From Ignavibacteriales bacterium (GTDB lineage Bacteria; Bacteroidota; Ignavibacteria; Ignavibacteriales; SURF-24), in NCBI GenBank assembly GCA_003599415.1, contig QZKB01000047.1, positions 1,832 to 65,831 of the forward strand: a stretch of 64,000 nt of DNA, written 5' to 3'. The translations under genes were made by a program, and so were the position numbers. The notes beneath the pieces were generated by a model. That model had not been told where the DNA came from, searched no databases, and worked only from the letters and a program-made list of their open reading frames with translations. Positions 39,290 through 46,925 of the stretch are shown here, in pieces (the stretch's first letter is position 1; every line of letters starts with the position of its first letter).

Positions 39290-40324
39290 TTATAGATATT
39301 TATTTTCTTTGTACCAAAGGATAGTTTTTTCTATACTTTCTTCCAGAGAATAATCCGGAGTAAAATCCAGAAGAGCCTTTAGCTTTTCAGAAGAGTACTC
39401 AATATTATCATAAAATATATTTACTCTGCCTCGTGAAATTGGCGGCGCATTTTTACTTCTGGATATTGTGTACATAAGTTCCGTTAAAAATGCAGGCGGA
39501 TAAATAATTGATTTAGGAATCCGATGAGGTATTTTAATGCCTGCTTTTTCGCAAAACAGGTTGAACAAATTAAATTGATTCGGAGCCTCGGGAGCAACAG
39601 CAAGAATTTTATTTACTCCCTGTAATTCTTTTTTATATGACAGATAATAAATTTTTCCAAGATCTCTTGCATATATGGTATGAAATTTATTTTTCTTTGA
39701 ACCCGGCAGAAAATGCAAACCACCTTTTACGAGTTTAATGAAATCGTAAAATCCTGAATGAAATTCTCTTTCTCCATATACCCAGGCAGGTTCAAGTATT
39801 GTTAAATTGAATTGATTCAGCTCAGCAAACTTAATTGCCTGAACATTTGCTTCAGCCTTTGTATCCCTGTAAAAATTTAAAGCCGAAGGAAAGATCTTAT
39901 CCATAAAATATTTGTAATGGGAACTGTATGGATAGTTCTCGTCCTTTACAATTGAAGAGGATTCTTCACCGTAGCATGAAACTGATCCGGTTATGATTAA
40001 ATTATTAATACTGTTTGCATAGGCAGCTTTCAAAACATTTGATGTACCTTCAACATTCACTTTACGGAAATCTTCATACGTACCCCAGTCTCCTACTTTT
40101 GCTGCAGTATGAATAACAAAATCGATTCCCGAATTAAAAACAGAGATCAATTTTTGCAGATCGGTTACATCCCCGTAAACAATATCTGCACCCAACATTT
40201 TCAAAAAACCAGTATCACTTCTTTCTCTCACCATACAAAATGGACTTATTCCTTTTGAATGGAAATATTCGGTAATATGACTTCCTATCAATCCATTTGC
40301 TCCGGTGACTAAAATCCTTCCCAT
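39290..40324 (-). CDS. NAD-dependent epimerase/dehydratase-family (extended SDR) enzyme
   Basis: 'ILVTGANGLIGSH' Rossmann motif. 'YRDTKAEA' YxxxK. Confidence 0.75.
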   Translation of the reverse strand: MGRILVTGANGLIGSHITEYFHSKGISPFCMVRERSDTGFLKMLGADIVYGDVTDLQKLISVFNSGIDFVIHTAAKVGDWGTYEDFRKVNVEGTSNVLKAAYANSINNLIITGSVSCYGEESSSIVKDENYPYSSHYKYFMDKIFPSALNFYRDTKAEANVQAIKFAELNQFNLTILEPAWVYGEREFHSGFYDFIKLVKGGLHFLPGSKKNKFHTIYARDLGKIYYLSYKKELQGVNKILAVAPEAPNQFNLFNLFCEKAGIKIPHRIPKSIIYPPAFLTELMYTISRSKNAPPISRGRVNIFYDNIEYSSEKLKALLDFTPDYSLEESIEKTILWYKENKYL

Positions 40325-41341
40325 CTAACTAATCCTACGAGAGATTAAATATTCAGTTAAGCATTTGATATACTCATAATGATCCTTGAAATCGCGGGCA
40401 GCTATATTGAAATCATTTAAGAGAAGCTGTTTATTCTTAATTTCTAAAATTTTTGATTTTTCTTTTGTAATCTTACCGATACAGAAGAGTTTAATTCCAA
40501 TGTCTTCAGCATCTTTAATCAATATTTTTTCGTCTCTCTGATTAATTGTGAAAAGCAATTCATACTCACCGCATTCGCCAAATAGCAGACATTCTTTGGG
40601 AAGACCAATTTTGTTAATCCAATCAATGCCAGGTTTAAAATAAGGTAGATTGTTAACAACAAAACCGCACTCATTTATTTCTGAGATGATATCCAATGAT
40701 TTATACAGTCCGTCGCTTGTATCAATACATGAAGTAGCATAGCTTGAAACAAGTTCAGCCTCCCTGAAACGTAGCGGAAAAATAATCTTATGTTTTTCGA
40801 AAAGCTCATCACCCTCACCAGAATTAATTTCATATAATGAGGAAGCGGCTTCGAAATTCCCTCTGCCAATCTCCCCGGTTAAAAAAATAAGATCTCCGTC
40901 GTTTGCACCTTTTCTTGTTACAATTTTGTTTGCCTCACCTATAGCAATTCCTGTAAAATTCCAATTTTCACAATAACCAAAATCACCTCCGATAAAGGCA
41001 ATTCCGCATTTTTCCAGTACATATGCAATTCCTTTTGAAAGAGAATCGATAAAATCAATACTCCAGGAGTGTTCGCAGTTAAGACTATTACAAAAGAATA
41101 AAGGTTTTCCTCCACATGCAAAAATATCACTCAGTGTACAAGTGGCAAGGTTCATACCCAGAATATAAGGATCATTTAACCTGAAGTGATCTTCATTAGA
41201 ATATGTATCGACAGTAATCAGATAATCTTTGTTGCCCAACTTAATAATTTCCGAATCTGACTGAAAGAATTGATTTCTATGTCTATCAGACTTCCTGAAA
41301 TTTCCAAGTATGGTTTTTATTATTTCATATTCACTAATCAT
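40325..41341 (-). CDS. AIR-synthase-related / ThiL-like ATP-utilising protein (PurM superfamily)
   Basis: 'DSEIIKLG...LITVDTYSNEDHF', 'NLATCTLSDIFACGGKP', 'FIGGDFG', 'GDLIFLTGEIGRG' follow the ThiL/PurM pattern. Confidence 0.6.
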   Translation of the reverse strand: MISEYEIIKTILGNFRKSDRHRNQFFQSDSEIIKLGNKDYLITVDTYSNEDHFRLNDPYILGMNLATCTLSDIFACGGKPLFFCNSLNCEHSWSIDFIDSLSKGIAYVLEKCGIAFIGGDFGYCENWNFTGIAIGEANKIVTRKGANDGDLIFLTGEIGRGNFEAASSLYEINSGEGDELFEKHKIIFPLRFREAELVSSYATSCIDTSDGLYKSLDIISEINECGFVVNNLPYFKPGIDWINKIGLPKECLLFGECGEYELLFTINQRDEKILIKDAEDIGIKLFCIGKITKEKSKILEIKNKQLLLNDFNIAARDFKDHYEYIKCLTEYLISRRIS

Positions 41342-41395
41342 TTATCAACTCTTTAATAATCTCATTTGTAAAATGCGCATTTAATTCGATTCTGT

Positions 41396-41423
41396 TGTCA
41401 TAATAATGTCATAAAAATGTAAA
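41396..41423 (-). promoter_or_regulatory. Pho-box-like array of 11-bp-phased hexamers upstream of the biosynthetic operon
   Basis: Plus strand TGTCAT-aataa-TGTCAT-aaaaa-TGTAAA. In gene sense this reads TTTACA-ttttt-ATGACA-ttatt-ATGACA, 55-82 nt upstream of the start at 41341. Confidence 0.5.
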
Positions 41424-41507
41424 AACCTATTTGATCTATTCCCTTAGGATAAAAAAGTAAAAATTTCTGTTTGATATTTGGGAAATAAGAATTTATATTT
41501 CGTTCAA

Positions 41508-41585
41508 ATGAATAGAGATTTAAACATATTAAATAAAAGCTGGGCTTGGTGGTGGAACCTCCGCGTTTCGCTATCTGGCATGTGA
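41508..41585 (+). CDS. Trp-rich leader peptide (MNRDLNILNKSWAWWWNLRVSLSGM)
   Basis: 25-codon ORF with four TGG codons within five positions (41541-41555). It sits directly upstream of two terminator hairpins and trpB2. No obvious SD sequence. Confidence 0.75.
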   Translation: MNRDLNILNKSWAWWWNLRVSLSGM

Positions 41586-41604
41586 TAGATAAAAATTAAA
41601 TAAT

Positions 41605-41640
41605 AGCCGTGGATAGTGAAACAACTGTCCACGGCTTTTT
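41605..41640 (+). terminator. Attenuator hairpin 1
   Basis: AGCCGTGGA-(14 nt)-TCCACGGCT followed by TTTTT. Confidence 0.7.
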
Positions 41641-41646
41641 CATTTT

Positions 41647-41678
41647 AAAGCCGTGAGAATGCAAATCACGGCTTTTTT
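41647..41678 (+). terminator. Attenuator hairpin 2 (intrinsic terminator)
   Basis: AAAGCCGTGA-gaatgcaaa-TCACGGCTTTTTT. Its 5' arm is complementary to the 3' arm of hairpin 1. Confidence 0.75.
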
Positions 41679-41754
41679 GTTTGCTGGATATTACACTTAA
41701 TAAATAACAAATGATTAGAGAATCAAAAAATTAAAAAACAATTTAGGAGTTACC

Positions 41755-43119
41755 ATGCGAGACAACAAATTTCACATTCACGTAAATGATATGCCGAACA
41801 AATGGTATAATATTCTTCCGGATCTTCCTGTACCATTAGCACCACCAATTCATCCCGGGACAAAAAAACCGATTAATCCTGAAGACCTTGCAGCAATTTT
41901 TCCAATGGAATTAATCCAACAGGAAATGAGTCCTGATAGGTTTATTGAAATTCCGGATGAAGTACTGGATGTTCTTTCCTTAAGCAGGCCAACACCAGTC
42001 ATCAGAGCTTACAGGTTAGAGAAAGCGCTCGATACTCCTGCCAAAATTTATTTCAAGTATGAAGGTGCAAATTCATCCGGAAGTCACAAATTAAACACGT
42101 CAATTGCACAGGCTTACTATAATAAAAAAGCCGGCATTAAAAGGATTGCAACTGAGACAGGTGCTGGTCAATGGGGCAGTGCGTTGGCAATGGCTTGTAA
42201 TCATTTTAATATGGAATGCCAGGTATTTATGGTAAAAGTAAGTTTTCAGCAGAAACCTTACAGGAAATCATTGATGCAGTTATTTGGCGCTGAAGTAATT
42301 CCAAGTCCGTCCAATCTTACAAACTCCGGAAGGAATGTTTTGGCACAATATCCGGATTCTCCCGGTTCACTCGGCATTGCAATTAGTGAAGCAGTTGAAG
42401 TTGCTGCACAGCGTGATGACACAAACTATTCACTTGGGAGTGTGTTGAATCATGTCTTACTGCACCAGACAATTATTGGTGAAGAAGCAAGATTGCAGAT
42501 GGAGATGGCCGGAGATTACCCGGATATAGTTATTGCTTGTGTTGGTGGCGGAAGTAATTTTGGTGGAATCGCATTCCCATTCCTAAGGGACAAACTTACC
42601 GGAGATAAAAAAGAACTTGAAGTTATTGCAGTGGAACCGGCTTCCTGTCCTACATTGACCCGAGGTAAATTCACATATGATTTTGGAGACGAAGCAGGAT
42701 TTACACCTTTACTTAAAATGTACACGCTCGGGCATAATTTCATTCCGGCAAAAATTCATTCAGGCGGATTAAGGTACCATGGAATGTCACCAATTGTATC
42801 TCACTTAAAGAGTCTTGATTTAATTAAGGCTGAAGCTTATTATCAGAAGGAAGTATTTGAAGCGGCAGTTCTATTTGCCCGTGAAGAAGGAATTGTTCCT
42901 GCACCTGAAAGTTCACATGCGATTAAATCTGCTATTGAACAGGCTAATAAATGCAAAGAAAGCGGAGAATCAAAGACTATCTTATTCAACCTTTCAGGAC
43001 ATGGATTTTTAGACCTTGCTGCATATGATGCATATCTTAGTGATCACCTTGAAGATCATGAAATGACTGAAGAAGAAATTGCAGAAAATGTAAAAGATCT
43101 GCCTGAAGTATTAGTCTAA
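41755..43119 (+). CDS. trpB: TrpB2-type tryptophan synthase beta-like PLP enzyme
   Basis: 454 aa (long TrpB2 form). '[14 protein letters not shown]' PLP-lysine motif, 'VGGGSNFGG', 'GGLRYHGM'. AGGAG RBS. Confidence 0.8.
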   Translation: MRDNKFHIHVNDMPNKWYNILPDLPVPLAPPIHPGTKKPINPEDLAAIFPMELIQQEMSPDRFIEIPDEVLDVLSLSRPTPVIRAYRLEKALDTPAKIYFKYEGANSSGSHKLNTSIAQAYYNKKAGIKRIATETGAGQWGSALAMACNHFNMECQVFMVKVSFQQKPYRKSLMQLFGAEVIPSPSNLTNSGRNVLAQYPDSPGSLGIAISEAVEVAAQRDDTNYSLGSVLNHVLLHQTIIGEEARLQMEMAGDYPDIVIACVGGGSNFGGIAFPFLRDKLTGDKKELEVIAVEPASCPTLTRGKFTYDFGDEAGFTPLLKMYTLGHNFIPAKIHSGGLRYHGMSPIVSHLKSLDLIKAEAYYQKEVFEAAVLFAREEGIVPAPESSHAIKSAIEQANKCKESGESKTILFNLSGHGFLDLAAYDAYLSDHLEDHEMTEEEIAENVKDLPEVLV

Positions 43120-43143
43120 AACAATTCACTATTAATTGTTCAA

Positions 43144-43175
43144 TCCCCTCTCATCATAGAGAGGGGAATATTTTT
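43144..43175 (+). terminator. Intrinsic terminator after trpB2
   Basis: TCCCCTCTC-atcata-GAGAGGGGA followed by ATATTTTT. Confidence 0.75.
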
Positions 43176-43381
43176 CCAGGAAGTTTAATGCCCGCCTTCT
43201 ACCTTGCTGTTCCTTCTATATAAATTTTAAACACTATAGTAATTCCGTAAAATAATTTTACGATTATTATTTCCTTTTATATCAAACGTTTATAAGTCTG
43301 TTGTAAAATAATTTTACAATCGCCAATTCAACATTGAAAGCTTAGCCGGACTTTATTCAGCTTAAAACTAATTTAACTTAC

Positions 43382-43396
43382 TGGCATAATGATTGT
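43382..43396 (+). promoter_or_regulatory. Possible sigma-54 promoter (-24/-12)
   Basis: TGGCAT-aatga-TTGT has the exact TGGCAC-N5-TTGC spacing, 46 nt upstream of the ATG at 43442. The -12 element is GT instead of GC. Confidence 0.3.
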
Positions 43397-43441
43397 TTAA
43401 TAAGCAGCAGTTGAAAATGAAAAACTTTCAGGGAGAATAAA

Positions 43442-44437
43442 ATGCAAAAGAGAATTTTATTAGTAGATGATGAATCAGCTTTAAGAAGATCATTGTCTCT
43501 TGGACTAAACCAGAATGGTTATGATGTAGAACCATGTGAGAATGGATTAACCGCTCTAGATAAACTTGATCTTTACAGCAAGAGTCATATGAACCTTGAT
43601 GTTGTTGTGCTTGACATTCAACTTCCGGATATAAACGGTAAAAAGCTTGGCAGAATTATAAGATCAAAATATCCTGATGCAACAATGCTTTATATAACCG
43701 GCTATGTGGATAAACTTGATCTTCTTGAAATTGAAGACTTAAAGGTGGATGGCTTACTTGAAAAACCTTTTACCGCAGATGTACTCAGTAAACAACTTGA
43801 CCAGATTTTAAATAAAAAACCATTGACTGAAGAAACAAAGGAAAAAGAAAAGGCTGAACCCGTTACGACATCAGCTTATATTTTAATTAAGATTAAACAA
43901 AACGCTGATTTCTTTTCCCTTTATAAAAAACTATACTTTATGGAAAATGTTCTTTACTGCGATGCCACACGCGGAGACATAGATATTTTTATGCTTATTC
44001 AATCAGATTCATCTGAAGCATGCAGAGACTTATTTGAAAATGGAATTAAGAACTTAGATGAAATTGAAGAAGCTACTTTCCTGCCGGTAGATGTTCCTGT
44101 CCTGAATGATAACATCAAAGACATAATAAGCAGTGTAGGCATTACAATGTTTGATGATTTGCCTGAAATGTCAAAAGTAAGAGATAGCAGAAAATCCGTT
44201 TGTTCTTATGTTCTTGTTGATGTTGACAGGGAAAGACTTCAGGAGATTTATCCTGTTCTCCGTCTTACTGAAAATGTACTTTACTGCGATTATATTTCCG
44301 GCAAGTATAATTTAGTTCTTATGGTTCACGGTCCGCAGTTCAGTGAGATTGATAAGATCATTACAAATAAAATTGTTAATCTTGGCGGTGTTCTTAAAGT
44401 AAAGGAATACCCGATAATAAATATTTTTGAAATGTAA
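43442..44437 (+). CDS. Response-regulator receiver fused to two AsnC/Lrp-type ligand-binding (RAM-like) domains
   Basis: Receiver ('ILLVDDE', 'VVVLDIQLPD', 'GLLEKPF'). Two repeats follow, each with 'ENVLYCD...G..(D/N)(I/L)..(M/L).(I/V)'. No DNA-binding domain seen. Confidence 0.6.
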   Translation: MQKRILLVDDESALRRSLSLGLNQNGYDVEPCENGLTALDKLDLYSKSHMNLDVVVLDIQLPDINGKKLGRIIRSKYPDATMLYITGYVDKLDLLEIEDLKVDGLLEKPFTADVLSKQLDQILNKKPLTEETKEKEKAEPVTTSAYILIKIKQNADFFSLYKKLYFMENVLYCDATRGDIDIFMLIQSDSSEACRDLFENGIKNLDEIEEATFLPVDVPVLNDNIKDIISSVGITMFDDLPEMSKVRDSRKSVCSYVLVDVDRERLQEIYPVLRLTENVLYCDYISGKYNLVLMVHGPQFSEIDKIITNKIVNLGGVLKVKEYPIINIFEM

Positions 44438-44452
44438 CGAGGGACGAAACTG

Positions 44453-44495
44453 AATACTGAATGCCTGGTTAATCCCTGCATTCAGTATTTGTTTT
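44453..44495 (+). terminator. Intrinsic terminator
   Basis: AATACTGAATGC-(13 nt)-GCATTCAGTATT followed by TGTTTT. Confidence 0.7.
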
Positions 44496-44636
44496 AACTT
44501 AGTTCCTTATCCGGTTAACTTTATTGCCCGTTTATGCTGAACAAAATTCTTTTAATGGAGCAGTTAATTCTTCATCGCTTTTTAAAGCGAAGGGAATTGC
44601 CTGCTCTGTTTTCATTTTAAATAAAAGGTAGCAGTT

Positions 44637-45155
44637 ATGACAGACATTTCTATCCGCGAAGACAAAAAAGAAATTCTGAATTTCAAAATTGACCTGATTA
44701 ACAAAAGGCACCAGGAAGGTTCGCTTATTACCTTGCTTCAGTCTGCACAGGATTCATACGGTTATGTACCGGAGAAAGTAATTCATTATATAAGCGAACT
44801 TGTTGGAATTCCGTCATCGGAAATTTATGGTGTGCTAACATTCTATTCGCAATTCAGGTTAAAGCCGATGGGAAAAAATATAATAAGGATTTGCGAAGGA
44901 ACAGCCTGCCACGTTAACGGCGCAAAAACGGTTCTATCTGTTCTGCAGGATGAACTTGGGATTTCCGTTGATGAAACTACTGATGATGGTTTATTTACAC
45001 TTCAGTCTGTTGCCTGCCTTGGCTGCTGCTCCCTTGCACCCGTTATGATGATTAACCAGGAAACTCACGGTAACCTTACGACAGAAAAAATTAAAAAAGT
45101 AATTAAGAGTTACAAATCCAACCAACACGCAGGAGTTACAAATGAAAAAAATTAA
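44637..45155 (+). CDS. NuoE/HydC-like [2Fe-2S] thioredoxin-fold subunit
   Basis: Cys pattern 'CEGTACHVNG...CLGCCSLAP'. Confidence 0.8.
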   Translation: MTDISIREDKKEILNFKIDLINKRHQEGSLITLLQSAQDSYGYVPEKVIHYISELVGIPSSEIYGVLTFYSQFRLKPMGKNIIRICEGTACHVNGAKTVLSVLQDELGISVDETTDDGLFTLQSVACLGCCSLAPVMMINQETHGNLTTEKIKKVIKSYKSNQHAGVTNEKN

Positions 45156-46905
45156 AGTTGGACTTGGTACCTGTGGTGTTTCTGCCGGCGGAGAATTAGT
45201 TTATAATAAACTCAAGCAGTCAATCAGTGAATTAAATCTTGATGTTGAATTAAGCGAAACCGGTTGTATGGGAATGTGTTATGAAGAAGCTCTTGTGGAA
45301 ATTGAAGACGACAATGATAAATATCTTTACTCAAAAGTTTCTGTTGATAAAGTTGGCAGAATAATTAACGAACACATAATAAACAATCAACCCATCAACG
45401 ATTGGATTATTAAAAGCAGCCAGGTTTCCAAAGAAGAATCTTTCTTAAAACACCAGACAAGAATTGTTTTAAGAAACTGCGGGGAAATTAATCCTTCTTC
45501 AATTGATGATTACATTGCAAAGAACGGCTACAATGCAATTCAAAAAGTTTTAAATGAATATTCCCAGCAGGATGTAATTGAGATTGTAACCAAATCCGGT
45601 TTACGCGGAAGAGGCGGCGCCGGCTTTGCTACAGGAATGAAATGGAAATTTGCAAATCAATCCGTGGCAGATAAAAAATATATTATCTGCAATGCAGATG
45701 AAGGCGACCCCGGCGCATTTATGGACAGAAGCGTGCTTGAAGGAGATCCTCATTCTGTATTGGAAGGAATGATGATTGCCGGCTACACTATTGGCGCCGA
45801 TGAAGGAATAATTTACGCAAGAGCAGAATATCCTCTTGCAATTAAAAGATTAAAAAACGCTTTGCAGCAATGCAGGCAAAAAGGAATTCTTGGTAAAAAT
45901 ATTTTCGGCACTTCTTTCAGTTTCGATATTAGAATTAAAGAAGGAGCCGGTGCTTTTGTATGCGGTGAAGAAACTGCACTTATGGCATCTGTAGAAGGGA
46001 GAAGAGGAATCCCCCGGATTCGTCCTCCCTTTCCTGCAGTTAGCGGTTTGTGGGGCAAACCAACCAACATTAACAATGTAGAAACTAATGCTAATGTTCC
46101 ATGGATAATCTTAAACGGCTGGCAAGCTTTTGCTTCAATGGGCACAGAGAAAAGTAAGGGCTCAAAAGTTTTTGCACTTGCAGGAAAAATTAAAAGAAGC
46201 GGTTTAATTGAAGTGCCGATGGGTATGACGATAAATCAAATTGTGTTTGATGTCGGCGGTGGAATTAAAAACGACAGAAAATTTAAAGCCGTTCAGATTG
46301 GCGGTCCTTCAGGCGGCTGCATACCTGCTTCAATGGGAGATTTAAGAATTGATTATGATGAGATCGTTAAAACAGGAGCCATCGTTGGCTCTGGTGGTTT
46401 AATTGTTCTGGATGATACAACCTGTATGGTTGATCTTGCACGATACTTCTTAAATTTCACCCAGCTTGAGTCCTGCGGCAAATGTACATTCTGCAGAATT
46501 GGAACTAAGCGAATGCTTGAAATTCTTGAAAGAATAACTGAAGGGCATGGAAAAGAATCTGATATTGATTTACTTGAGAATCTTGCAATGCAAATTAAAA
46601 GTGCAAGCTTGTGCGGATTAGGGCAATCGGCGCCAAATCCTGTTTTAACAACAATAAAATATTTCCGAGAAGAATACGAAGAACACATTCTTAATAAACG
46701 ATGCCCGACTCATTCCTGCTCATCATTAATTACTTACAACATAATTGAAGAGAAGTGTAAAGGCTGCGGCGTATGCATAAAAGCGTGCCCAACCGGTGCA
46801 ATTACAGGCAAGAAGAAAGAATTGCATTACATAAACTATGAACTGTGTATTAAGTGCGGCAAATGTTATGAATCCTGCCGGCTTGACGCAGTTGAAAAAA
46901 TATAA
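45142..46905 (+). CDS. NuoF/HydB-like FMN- and NAD(H)-binding subunit with extra Fe-S domains
   Basis: 'GRGGAGFATGMKWKF'. 'ESCGKCTFCR' N3-cluster motif. N-terminal thioredoxin-like [2Fe-2S] domain. C-terminal 2x[4Fe-4S] ('CKGCGVCIKACP', 'CIKCGKCYESC'). Confidence 0.8.
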   Translation: MKKIKVGLGTCGVSAGGELVYNKLKQSISELNLDVELSETGCMGMCYEEALVEIEDDNDKYLYSKVSVDKVGRIINEHIINNQPINDWIIKSSQVSKEESFLKHQTRIVLRNCGEINPSSIDDYIAKNGYNAIQKVLNEYSQQDVIEIVTKSGLRGRGGAGFATGMKWKFANQSVADKKYIICNADEGDPGAFMDRSVLEGDPHSVLEGMMIAGYTIGADEGIIYARAEYPLAIKRLKNALQQCRQKGILGKNIFGTSFSFDIRIKEGAGAFVCGEETALMASVEGRRGIPRIRPPFPAVSGLWGKPTNINNVETNANVPWIILNGWQAFASMGTEKSKGSKVFALAGKIKRSGLIEVPMGMTINQIVFDVGGGIKNDRKFKAVQIGGPSGGCIPASMGDLRIDYDEIVKTGAIVGSGGLIVLDDTTCMVDLARYFLNFTQLESCGKCTFCRIGTKRMLEILERITEGHGKESDIDLLENLAMQIKSASLCGLGQSAPNPVLTTIKYFREEYEEHILNKRCPTHSCSSLITYNIIEEKCKGCGVCIKACPTGAITGKKKELHYINYELCIKCGKCYESCRLDAVEKI

Positions 46906-46925
46906 TAATCATCCTGGAAAAGTTT

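Noticed and set aside
44511-44528. Possible sigma-54 promoter 'CGGTTAACTTTATTGC' upstream of the NuoE-like gene.
   Set aside because: The GG-to-GC spacing is 11 nt rather than the canonical 10, and the -24 element is poor (CGGTTA). I do not report it as a feature.
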